Of a DNA stretch of 64,000 bases, positions 26,630 through 38,741 are shown in pieces. Position numbers and translations under genes: made by a program. The stretch lies in the NCBI RefSeq assembly GCF_006345805.1, contig NC_042998.1, forward strand, positions 202,492,001 through 202,556,000, in the 5' to 3' direction. The notes under the pieces were generated by a model. It was not told the DNA's origin, ran no database searches, and saw only the letters and a program-made list of their open reading frames with translations. The stretch's first letter is position 1. The number at the start of each line of letters is the position of its first letter. The DNA comes from Octopus sinensis. Its lineage: Eukaryota.

Positions 26630-26699
<70 letters not shown>

Positions 26700-26910
26700 A
26701 TGTGTGTGTATATATGTATACATATAAGAAGGACGACCCCTAAGTGGACATCCATTATGATAGATGTAGACCCAATATGGTCTTACCACTAAGAAAAGAT
26801 TGTTCTCAAGAAAATTCAGCCAGAACGTAAAGGAGCAAGACAAATGAAAAGATACAAAATATAAAAATTAATCACATACCGGTTTCATTGTTATCACTTA
26901 TATATATATA

Positions 26911-26949
<39 letters not shown>

Positions 26950-27559
26950 CTAATGAACATATATGACAATGTATTATGTGCGTATAAATATTAATGTACG
27001 TATCGTTTTCTGCGTGTCTTTGTGTATATAGTTGTGTATATCGGATATTAAAAATAGGATGGTGAAAAATGGTATATTACGAAAATTTATGTATTTTTAA
27101 TAAAATTCAATAAAATTTTTTATTATAAAAAATTCTCATCATTTTCAAAAAAGTAAGTTATATGTTTTTTATGTGAAAATTTTCATCGCTCTGGAAGTTT
27201 TCGTTTCCTTTAATGTCATAATAAATTTAAGGTAAGTGTTGCTGAAATATAGGCATGGGTTTCACGAATTTTATAAAGGATCTACGTCAAAATAACTTAG
27301 GGAATCAGTGCATTAGTTAACGCTTTTACTGTAGAACTGAACCCTATATATAAATTAAAGTATGTATATTCTGTAAAAAGCTACTTGGAAGTTAGAGATT
27401 CATGGAAACGATTCTTGAATGCCAATGAGGTAGGGAAAATGTGATATTATATGCATAAGGGCGTTGTATTCAGAGTGTGTGTATTTAATTCGAAGTTGGA
27501 GCTGTTGGGAGTTTTCAGGCTATTGACGTAGCATAATGCGTGTACATCACCTACACGCG

Positions 27560-27756
27560 TGCATGCATACATACATACATACAATACATATATACATACA
27601 TATATACATACATACATACATACATACAATACATACATACATACATACAATACATACATACAATACATACATACATACATACAATACGTACATACATACA
27701 TACATACATACATACACGCATACATACATACATACATACATACATACATACATACA

Positions 27757-27785
<29 letters not shown>
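27560..27785 (+). repeat. (TACA)n microsatellite
   Basis: Direct inspection. Confidence 0.97.
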
Positions 27786-27787
<2 letters not shown>

Positions 27788-28384
27788 TCCTGCGAAGAGG
27801 TTATTTGATGATACAGGATTCAAAAACTTAACCTCCAAACTGTATTGCTAAAAGAACTGGAGCAGGGCTACAGCAAGCATGCCCAGTAAAAACATTGTGA
27901 AATAGACGGCGAAATACCTAAAACAATTGTACAGGAAATGCGAAATAGGAAATCCCAAGCCCAGAACGGATATCAGGTTACTCGCCGTGGAATGCCATCA
28001 TTTATCGCTTTGATGTCATGCGGTTCTATGGACAAAATATCAAAGGCATACAAGGACTGCCCCAACGTGTATCAACTGCTATTACTCTGCTGATCTCCCA
28101 TAATAACCAAACTAAGTATGTATGCATATATATGTATATATGTATTATTGCTTGTTTTGTCGTGCTATAATAAAAAGAATTTAACTTTAAACTGAAGAAT
28201 TACACGATACTTTTGTAGAATACATATTTATGAAGCCATTAAAATAGGTGGGATGGCAATGACTTCGCGATTTTGCTTTGGCCCGTTAGTGTCCATCGCA
28301 CTGAAGCACAGCAGGCCGAAACATCGAAGACACTTCTTCTAATGAAAGTATATGTGTAGGTGCTTGCGTACGTATGTATTCATA

Positions 28385-28422
<38 letters not shown>

Positions 28423-28549
28423 TATATATATAATATATATATATATTACACATACATACACACATATATATATCCGGCTGAAACATGGAAGAATAAATTA
28501 ATATATACGTATATGTATACCCATATACATATATACATACGTATGTGTG

Positions 28550-28592
<43 letters not shown>

Positions 28593-29291
28593 TGTATACA
28601 GAGAGTGAGAGAAAGAGAGAGAGTGGGAGAGAGATAATGTATTAACAAAGAAATGAAAGCGGTTGAACTAGTGCTTGAAAGTTAGGCTCACGATCATAAG
28701 ACGGTTACTTCCTTATCTAGAACAGGCAAAGCATTGTGTCCCTAAGCAGTAAGTTTCATTTCACGCTGGTACTGTTTATTGAAAATTACTATCAGCAGTG
28801 GTGGACTGGCCAGGTTGCCAGCTTGCCTGATCGCAAGCAGTCCCCTGCGCCATTAGAATCCATATATGGTGGTCTATATTAGTATCTAAGGGGCCCATTC
28901 CCTCAACTTTGAGCATTTTGTATTGACTCCTGAAAGAATGCATTAATTATTTCAGCCTAGCTGTGTCTTTATATAGGATGTAAATAGCAAAATAAGTTCA
29001 TATAAGATAGACCTGAAGATTGGCAATATAATCGTTTTAATATGGTATTGTATTTTGAGACATTCTATTTTAGCAATATCGAGGAATATTTTATCATGAA
29101 ACGCGCGGAGTCTAGATAATGCAAAGTATATGACTTGAAATAAGAATTGAAGGTATCGATTTGGATAATTTGGAATAAGAATTGTAGGTATTAATTTTGA
29201 TAATATTTAGCCCTATATGTGCCTATTATGGATAATGTCATTCAATGATGATTGAGTTGCTTATATATATATATAATATATATATATATAT

Positions 29292-29346
<55 letters not shown>

Positions 29347-29349
<3 letters not shown>

Positions 29350-29705
29350 TTGTTATATTTCGGAATGGTCATATTGCCAGTTTAGCCAATAAAAACACAC
29401 GCACTATATATTTGGTGTTGTTTTGCTTCAGTGTTATTTATTTTTACATTAATCTTAATCTTATTTCGGCCAGAGTTCTTTCGTCACACTCCTGTGACCG
29501 CATCAGTGGTCCTTTGTTTTCCTCTTTCTTATTTGTGTCTCTCCTTACTAACCGTCAGCCATTTTGTATTTCTATTGTATGTCTTCATAAGATTAAGATT
29601 AATGTAAAAAATAAATAACACTGAAGCAAATTAACACCAAATATATAGTGCGTGTGTTTTTATTGACTAAACTGGCAATATGACCATTCCGAAATATAAC
29701 AATAT
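29347..29705. repeat. Inverted repeat (arms 29347-29464 and 29587-29705, 122-nt spacer)
   Basis: Arms are reverse complements with about 4 differences. Confidence 0.95.
29468..29512 (-). ncRNA. Degenerate minimal hammerhead motif in the inverted-repeat spacer
   Basis: GGACCA CTGATGC G GTCACA ggag TGTGAC GAAA GAAC TC TGGCC; A9>C; 6-bp stem II; CUC triplet. Confidence 0.6.
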
Positions 29706-29758
29706 CTGTTTCAACACACGACTTCACATAAAAAATCTTGCACAACAAATATGTAAAC

Positions 29759-29801
<43 letters not shown>

Positions 29802-30149
29802 TATATATTATATATATATATATATTATATTATATATATAATATACATATATATGTATGTATAAGGCTAACATATATTTGAATTCATTTATACTTCGCAA
29901 ATGTGAATTTCCTCATGTACAAGCATCTTAACGCTTCTCCTGTCTAGAATTTATTACAAACATTTAAATGTGAATATCTCGCAAAATTATTCTAAATATA
30001 GGTGACATCTATTCGTTCCAGTTCTGTATGGTCTTGCAGTACAAATTAACTGCCATTTAACCCAATAGCCCTTGTTACTAGCCGTAAAAGGCTAGATTAA
30101 TTCAATGAATCGTTTGAAATTTATTATTTTAACCTTTAAATGAAGGCAA

Positions 30150-30600
30150 ATTATTTGCCAATCTCTTGAAAACTAGACATGTCTAACCTATGTAAAAGAA
30201 TTCCTTACCCTCAGATGTAATCCTTATTTGTAATATTGTATGTGTGTGTGTGAGAAAAATTCTGGATACGGTTGCAGAAGTCGTCTAGTGTTTTATTCCT
30301 CCCTTTGGGTGGTAGATAATTACTTTTGTTTTTCACTAGTGATTCCTCATCATTGTTGTAGTTGGTTAGTGCTTCTGTCAATCGGAGCTTTCTACAGAAT
30401 TCTGCAATATTATCTTTAATGTCATTGGCGTGGGGGTCTACGTGGAACGGGTGTGAATTTTCAATCTTTAGCTAAAATATGGATTTTTGATGTGGAGAGA
30501 TTTTCTTAGATATATTGATTATTTTGGGTTGCAAATCACGATACCAGATTAACTGCCAATTCTTTTGTAATTTTGCAGAGGTAAAATACAATGCTTATTC
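30150..30600 (-). mobile_element. Penelope-like element, ORF N-terminal region (decayed)
   Basis: KIINISK..KFTPVP..DIKDNIAEFCRKLRLTE..SLVKNKSNYLPPKGRNKTLDDF. Confidence 0.72.
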
Positions 30601-30720
30601 ACTTAGTTTTTTTTCTTTTTTTCCACCATGCCTGTAAAAAAACTTTAGTGATAATTCATGTGGCTTTGGAGTTATTCTGACTCCCATTTTTAGCTTGCCT
30701 GGTGCTATATACACACACAC

Positions 30721-30781
<61 letters not shown>

Positions 30782-31269
30782 TTAGAGATAAAACCACTAT
30801 TAGGCAAATCAAACAGTGAAAAACATAAGCCAATACATAAAATTAATTTTAAAATATAAAAGTTAAAAATAAAAAATTATTAAATAATTTAAACTTATAA
30901 ATTGTATATATATATACAAATATATATATGTATGTATGTATATTTTTACATTTATATTTATATATTATTTTATTTATTAATTAATCTATTTATTTATTTA
31001 TTTAATCTTTTTTTATATATCAAAAGTATTAAAAGTTTAATAAAAGATAAAAGATATTTTTATTATATATATACAGAGGGAGAGGGAAAGAGTGATAGAC
31101 AAAGAAACAAAGACAGGAGGAAAAAATTGATGAATATGTCGGTTGGTATGTGTGTTAGTATATATATAGTGAGAGAGAGGAGAGAGAAAAAGACAGACAG
31201 AAAGAGATGGAGGGAGACACCGACAGAAACAGAAAGAAAAGTGGACAGATACACAGAGAGAGGCACATT

Positions 31270-31440
31270 GCAGGTTCTAAAAGTATCTGATGAGATGTAA
31301 AAATTCCTTATAATATTTCGGTGTACGTTTGCTGATGGGCGATTCAAAACAGGCATAATATATTTTCTGATTGTTAATTTCCTGTTGTGAATGGTTGACG
31401 GGCCGGGATGCCTTTTCAGCAAGAAACTAAATCGTAATGA
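31270..31440 (-). mobile_element. Possible PLE GIY-YIG C-terminal remnant upstream of the 30150-30600 ORF start
   Basis: RKYIMPVLN (cf. FIxxFKPxLN). Confidence 0.4.
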
Positions 31441-32689
31441 TGGGAGATTAGCGTTGTTTCAAATTACTAAACTGCATTAATTAATGTTGATTACACTTTC
31501 ATTACTTTAATTACATTAACTACTTCGTACTAATTCTGACAAAAGTCACACATATACACACACACAGATATATATCTATGCGCTGATATGGCGGTATATC
31601 CTTTCTGTGAGAGGTGTCATATTGAACTATATTGAATAAGTTATTAAAATAAACAGAAAATAAATGAAATTATGTTTAATTTTATGTGCAACTATCTCTA
31701 GGTCCTAATAAATATTACATTGAACATTTTTGCATGTAACTTTTATATTACAATACTCGCTTAAATAGTTTTAAAAATACTGCAAGCTAGAGTAAGGCAA
31801 AAGAAAGATTGTGCTATAATGTCGAGCTGCCAGAAGCTTTAAATGTAGCGTTTCATTTAATAATTCTTTTACTATTATATTTTTAGAGAATTTTTCTTCA
31901 AAGACTTCCTTAATTGCATTTATTTTTAGCGTGCAGTATGACCTTACTTTTATTTCTGAGTACCTGTAGATTTTTCATGGTAAAATAGGAGAGAAAATAT
32001 GTATATTCCCTTGTCTAAATTAAAAACAAGTTTGATTTTGCAACAGTTAACTTGTAATCTATCAATCAGAATTGATGAAACGATTTGTCGATGAAAACGA
32101 TTACCACAAAACAATTTGTTTTGTTTTGTTTTTTTTTTGCTTTTTGAAACCTTTATATTTCATTAGCCAAGTATCTTCTGATGTCAAAATTTCAGAATAT
32201 GATAATAATCGTACCACACTTTTGTTTCGAGTCATGTAGTGGCATTCTCGCTGCAATAAAAGTATTTAAACACTCACTTGTATTAAAGCTGTCGTTATTT
32301 CTACGTTACTGTTATTTGTAGCACCAGAATTACAACATAGACATATTGCCAGGAAGTAATGCAAAAATATCAATGTTCCAATTTGCGGAATTAAGGTTAC
32401 CATTGATAATATACGTATTCACTGTTGTATTTCCTAATGTTGCTCTGATAAAACTTTTTCCTGAGTTCAGGGGCTGTTTCCGTTTGCTCCTTGCAGAATT
32501 CATTCAATTGTCAGTGTAGGATTTTCAATCATAAGGAGCTGCCCACAATAATAGTAACTGCTCACATAATAAAAAACTCTTCTTATTATGTAAAAAGTTT
32601 AATAAAAATTAGTCTTCTCTTAACAAGAATTTTACCACTGGAAGATCAATTACAATTAAGGATTTTATTTAATATCATGTCCATCATAA

Positions 32690-33110
32690 GGCGGTGAGCT
32701 GGCAGAAACGTTAACACGCCGGGTGAAATGCGTAGCGGAATTTCATCTGTTTACGTTCTGAGTTCAATTTTCGCCGAGGTCGACTTTTCCTTTCATTCTT
32801 TCGTGGTCGATAAATTAAGTACCAGTTACGCACTGGGGTCGATGTAATCGACTTAATCCCTTTGGCTGTCCTTTTTGTCCCCTGTATGTTTAGCCTCTTG
32901 TGGGCAATAAATAAATAAGAAACGTTAACATGCCGGGTGAAATGCGTAGCGGAATTTCGTCGTTCTGAGTTCAATTTCCGCCGACGTCGACTTTTCCTTT
33001 CATCCTTTCTGTGTCGATAAATTAAATACCAGTTACGTACTGGGGTCAATCTAATCGACTGGCCCCTCCCCGAAAATTTCGGGCCTTGCACTTAGAGTAG
33101 AAAAGAATAT
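32690..33110 (+). mobile_element. Tandem S1 SINE pair (full copy 32690-32917; 5'-truncated copy 32919-33110 with variant tail)
   Basis: The second copy restarts at AGAAACGTTAAC and ends AAATTTCGGGCCTTG..AGTAGAAAAGAAT. Confidence 0.88.
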
Positions 33111-33549
33111 CATGTCAATCACAGAATATTAGCAATTACATCAAGGTCTCACTTATAACGACGATTTTAACGTTTGATTCTTTCAAGTTCCTCACAGAAT
33201 ATTTAAACCTGACGGTAAAATATTTCCAATAAGGTACTTTCTAACTGCAATGAACTGTTCATACATACATTAACGCATATGATGGTGTGTACGTTGTTGC
33301 ATACAAAATAACTGGTGAATGTTTCTGCTTTAAATCAATGTATTGTGTAGATATGTTTTTCTACATTCACCTGGAGTATTTAGAAATGAAAATTGAAATA
33401 TACCATTAAGTCTCAAACTGAAAAATACCAACTGAAATAATTGATTGATTGACTGATTGATTCTAGTTTCAGCTCATGAGCTGTGGCCATGCTGGGGCAC
33501 CGGCTTCGTTTCAGTAAAAATTAACCAAAAATCCGTTAACATTGAATAA

Positions 33550-34420
33550 TGCCAACGTCATAAATTCCTTAATTTCAACGTAGCGTGGAATAAGACATGA
33601 TAACATAATTCTTGTAATGAAGTTGATTGTACAGCTCTGAATAGCTACATCTTGGATTGTCTCATGTTTTCGTCCATCATTTCTTCCTCAAACATACGAT
33701 AGCTTTCTGTTGCCTTGTTAGGTTCATTCAAGGCACCCTTCATAGCGTGCAAATGTCGTAGATGCAATAGCAATTGCACTAATGATGCTTCTGTCACGCA
33801 TTTCTGCCGTTCATCATTTATTTTCGGGCAAGTTTCCCCGTTCCAAGCTTCTTTGAAATGTTGTAAAGCGCACCGTCAAAAGTTCGTAGGTAACCGAAGC
33901 AATTCCTTTAACATACAATAGCTATCAGCTTTAAGTGGAATATGTCATTAACTCTAGAACTCATTGTATATAACCTGAATTAATATACAGCCATCCGCTC
34001 CGCTCTAGCATCACTTATACTCTGCTGATTCCTTGCAGAGTAAGTAATGATAAGAAACATCCGAGTAATATACTCAACTGGCATTTTCACCAGTCTGACT
34101 GACTTTGTACCGTGTAGTGAGAAGAATATTTTTCTTTTGGTCCTCATCGAAGGCTTGTATATGTTTTCCTCCACTGAAGTACACAAGTTATTTGATTATC
34201 ATCAAATAGTAATGTAAATTCATCCATAAGCAAATGGTAATATATGATTTGCCATGCAATTTGCACATCAACAGGTGACCCATAACCTCTGAGGCACTAA
34301 CTCATAAACATGTTTATTTTTTCCTTAATATGTCGATCGTTTGCGATGACTTCTGTGATATGAAGATGAACAAAATCATATCCTTTGCACGCAATGCTGA
34401 ATATGTATGTTAGCCATTGA
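33550..34420 (-). pseudogene. Possible hAT (Buster/Charlie-like) transposase relic
   Basis: Weak motifs DEFTLLFDD, FDGALY..CYCI, LIPRYVEIKEFM; many stops. Confidence 0.3.
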
Positions 34421-34779
34421 TGAGATTTCTATATTGATGTAACAGTTATATTAAACTCATAATATCAAAGACATTAAATTCGTTAACCAATTATAACAAA
34501 TTTCTGAGACGATTTCAGACTACTTTTCTCGTAACAGAAATATACAGTGATTTCAACATCTCCAGCAATAAGCAATGGCACTTGAGAAAACATTCATTTA
34601 AATGATCACCGATATATCTATATTATATGTTTCAAATAAACTCAATTGCGTTTCGTTGTACATAAAAAAAATATTATTTAACTTACTATAATAGAATTAT
34701 ATGAGGTAAACAGACCGGAAGCTAAGCGACAGGTTTATATAACAAAGGGAATAGCACAAGGTAAGAGATTTGCTAATGT

Positions 34780-36250
34780 TTTACAGCGTATGGATCAGAA
34801 GCGTGATGTGTTCAGGCGTACAAATTTGTGTATCAGAGAAAATAGTGATGCTGGGATTGAGAGATGTGTGCGAATGGATAATGGTATACTTGCACTTAAC
34901 GATTTTGAGATAACAAATATATGGAAGTACCACGTCGAAAGTTTGCAAGGTATAGAGAATTCATGGGAGGAGAGTATTTTAAATATTGAACCAACTGAGG
35001 GACCAGGCATCAGAGATAACAGTAGTAGAACAGATAAGGCATTTATGGACATGGGGACAAGAAAAACTCAACGACTAGCAGGAATCCCTGCTGAAATGCT
35101 TAAAATGTGGTGGAGTAAGATACGGCCTAGTCACTCGTACAGTTACTCATGTTATCCAGGAAGATGTCATTCCAAACGAGTGGTGTAGTAGTATTAGTAG
35201 TATTAGAACATTATTTACATTATGTACATTTTACGGATATTTGTCCTCATCGTGTTTGTTGTTAACACAACGTTTCGGCTGATATACATTCCAGCCCTCA
35301 TCAGATGCCTTGGTGAAATTTCGAACATTTATAAAGAAGAATTTAAAACTGGTTGCCCATGGAAACTACTATGTGCAGATGACATTGATCTGAAGCCAGA
35401 ATCTATAACAGAACTGGAGAAGAAATTTCAGATACCGAAGCAAAACCTAAGCCTTAAGCTTCATCTTTGGAAGACCGAAATTGTTGTTAACAAGAAAACG
35501 GATAAATCTTTCTTTCCGTTTGGTAAATGGCTCTTCTCATTATGTGAAAGAGGGTATTGGAAAAAAATTCTGTTCGTTGCATCAAGTGGAAGCAATGGAC
35601 ACACAATGGATGCAATTGAATCACAAGTAGGTTAACAGAGAGATTCTGTTTCCTATTTCGCAGATGCACGGGTGCAACAAACGCTAAGAACACACAGAAA
35701 TTAGACTCTATCAAATACCCAGGAAGCTCTCTTATAATTTGTGTTGTTTCTGTTACCAAGGTAACCAAATCAGCTGAGGTGGAAGATGTTCTAAATGTAT
35801 TGTTGTTAGAATTAAAATAGGATACAGGAAGTTCATACAGTTATTACCTCTGTTCGCAACCAACGGATTCTCTATCAAAGTGAAAGACAAATTGTATGAT
35901 GCTTGTACGAATGGCTATGCTAGTGAGACACGGGCTCAGAATGTCATCTAAGTTATTTGATGATCCCATCGGTGCTTGTGCCACGTAAAAAGCAGCCAGT
36001 CCACTTTTTAAGGGGATTGACATTACAAAGGGCATCAAGCTGTAAAAAAAATTCCTAAGAAAGACCTCGCCAGCGCCAACATGTCATGGAAATCAGCAGG
36101 TCCAGTCTGTAACGTGGTTACTGTTAGGAAAAGCATCCAGCTGTAAAAAACCATGCCTAAAGAGATATTGGAGCTTAGTGCAGTTCCTGGCACACCATCC
36201 AACTCATGCTAGATTGGAAAACGGACGTGAAATTATGTTAATGATGATGA
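34780..36250 (+). mobile_element. RTE-clade LINE fragment (linker, RT, C-terminus, GAT tail) with an internal deletion occupied by an HHR repeat
   Basis: CVRMDNG..IEPTEGP..GIPAEMLK; EEFKTGCPWKLLCADDI; (GAT)n end at ~36241-36250. Confidence 0.85.
35212..35326 (-). mobile_element. Short repeat with a minimal hammerhead motif (35264-35310)
   Basis: AGGCAT CTGATGA G GGCTG gaatgtatat CAGCC GAAA CG TT GTGTT; palindromic AACGTT helix III. Confidence 0.78.
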
Positions 36251-36309
36251 TACTCCCTCTCTGTCTTTCTGCCTTTCTCCTTCTACCCCTCTCTCTTTCT
36301 TTCTCTGTA

Positions 36310-36364
<55 letters not shown>

Positions 36365-36482
36365 ATGTGTGTGTGTGTGTGTATGTAACTATCTATCTAT
36401 CTATATATATATATATATTATATATATATATATGTGTGTGTGTGTGTATGTGTGTGTGTGTGTGTATGTAACTATCTATCTA

Positions 36483-36518
<36 letters not shown>

Positions 36519-36623
36519 AACACACACAAATAAAAACATATATAAAGATATATAGTGGTATAGCGTGTGTAAATAACCATCAAGATAATACCATAAGGTA
36601 AAACATTATTAATTAATACTTAA

Positions 36624-37771
36624 GGGTGCTACAGGTGACACCAGTATGCTAAAAATAGCAGCCAGAAGAGGGCATACAACCACAAATTTCCACTGATACA
36701 CGTTAATTGAAATTGGGGGAATGAGCCGAAATTCTAAGCCTCCATACCAATAACGAAAGGAATAGTAAATTGAAAAGTCAGACATAACCGTATCGTCAGG
36801 ATTTCAGACTTTGTGCAAATATCACTTAGTTATCCTCAACAAGTCTTACTGACCCAAGGGTCATAGAAACTACCACTCTTAACAATGTGTCCGAAGACCG
36901 TTTTTTAATGACGCAGCAAATATAAAAAGTTTATATATATATATACTAGCAGTATCGCCCGGCGTTGCTCGGGTTTGTAAGGGAAATAACTATATGAACA
37001 TTTTTAGAGAGTTACTTCCCTTATAGATGCCAATTCGGGCTTTCTTAGCCATTTCTGTTTTTGGTGTCTTCAAGCCATGAAGTCGTTGTTCTAAAAGAAC
37101 GCTGGTCTCCTTGACAACGCTTTACCACGTTGATTTCCTTACACTCCCTTCCCCACAGCTTCACGAGGGAGAAGCAAACAGGTGCAGATGTGAGCGTGGA
37201 CGCCAACTCCGCCGCCATCGACACACGAAAAATTATGCATTAAAATGGAATAAAAAATGATGTTAAATTATTTTTAAAATCGTAGACTCATCGTAGACGC
37301 GCGCTAATACTCAGACGGGGTCGATATGAATCACGACTATAAGATACCCGGTATTGGTTAAACTGCACCGCAAAATGTGGGAGAAGTTAGGAATCTAAAT
37401 CGAAGGGGACAGACACTCACACAACTACAGTTTTATATATATAGATATATATATATATATATAAGGATATTATCGTTTACAATAACATCAAGTGGTATAG
37501 CGTGCATAAATAACCATCAACGCAGTTCCTATGACCCTTGGGTCAAAAAGACTCGCTGAGCATGACTAAGTGATATTTTTACAAAGTTTGAAATCGTGTC
37601 GATACAGGTATGTCTGGCCTTTCAATTAACGATTATTTTCGTTATTGGTACGGGGGCTTAAAATTTCTGCTCATTCTCCTGATTTCAATTAATGTGTATC
37701 AGGAAATACTTTGTAGTTGTAGTCGTCTTCTGGCCGCTATTTTTAGCGTGCTGGTCCTACTTGTAGCACCC
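36624..37771. mobile_element. MITE with ~247-bp imperfect TIRs and TTAA flanks (Kolobok-like; Harbinger is the alternative)
   Basis: TTAA|GGGTGCTAC at 36620 and GTAGCACCC|TTAA ending 37775; arms 36624-36870 and 37525-37771. Confidence 0.65.
36945..37446 (+). mobile_element. Non-autonomous Helitron/Helentron-like (DINE-1/Lep1-like) element nested in the MITE
   Basis: 5' ACTAGCAGTATCGCCCGGCGTTGCTCGGG subterminal hairpin; 3' GACAGACAC..TTTTATATATATAGAT; sits in a TA run. Confidence 0.65.
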
Positions 37772-37950
37772 TTAATTATATATATATTTATATATAAGAG
37801 AAAAATTATGAGTTAGAGGTTATGTAACTGTCTAAGGGATGAAAATGTATTTGTTGGCACTACTGGTGTATTACATAATTATGTATAGGCCTTGCTGCAA
37901 GGTTAACACTAGTTATTAATTTAATGGTAAAGCGTGGTTTAATATATTTA

Positions 37951-38670
37951 GATAAGATAAGAGAAGAAATTGAGCAACACGTAACAATTACAAATTGATC
38001 ATTAGTATCGAATGATCATAGTTTAATTATGGTTAAGAAAAAACATACAGCTGTTTCAGTATGTTATTTTTTAGGTAAACTTGCCTTTATCTCGTTCCAC
38101 GTAAGAAACATCATCACATCATCAGAATGATTTGGACTTTACCAGAGGAATATTGACAGGAGATCGAAGGTTGGCAGGAGAAAAAAAGGAAAAAAGAAAA
38201 GGAAAAGAAAAAGGAAAAAAGGAAACAGTAAAAGGTTAGTTACGTCTTTATGCTTACATTTTTGCGTCCTTAAACTAGGACACGTGTGTCTACAGCTGAT
38301 TCAAGTAGATGAATGGAGTCACTCACTGCTCAATTCATCTACTTCAAGCAACTGTATACACACACGTTCCATCTTTTATAGACGCAAAAAATGTAAGCCT
38401 AAAGACCAAACGAGCGTTTTCCTTATTCTTTTGTTTTTCCTTTTTTTCTCCCTGTTAACATTCGATCTCCTGTCAATATTCCTTTGGTAAAGTTGAAATC
38501 ATTCTGCTGATGTTTTTTTACGTGAAATGAGATAAAGGCAAGTTTACCTCAAATAACAAACTGAAACAGTTGTAAATGTTTTCTTAACCATAATTAAACT
38601 ACGATCATTCGATACTGATGATCAACTTCTAATTGTTACAAGTTGTTCCATCTCGTCTCTTCTCTTATCT

Positions 38671-38673
<3 letters not shown>
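37951..38673. repeat. ~720-bp imperfect palindrome (fold-back) centred at ~38323
   Basis: AAGTAGATGAAT 38303-38314 / ATTCATCTACTT 38333-38344; pairing traceable outward to GATAAGATAAGAGAAG / CTTCTCTTATCTTA. Confidence 0.9.
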
Positions 38674-38701
<28 letters not shown>

Positions 38702-38709
38702 TATATATA

Positions 38710-38741
<32 letters not shown>

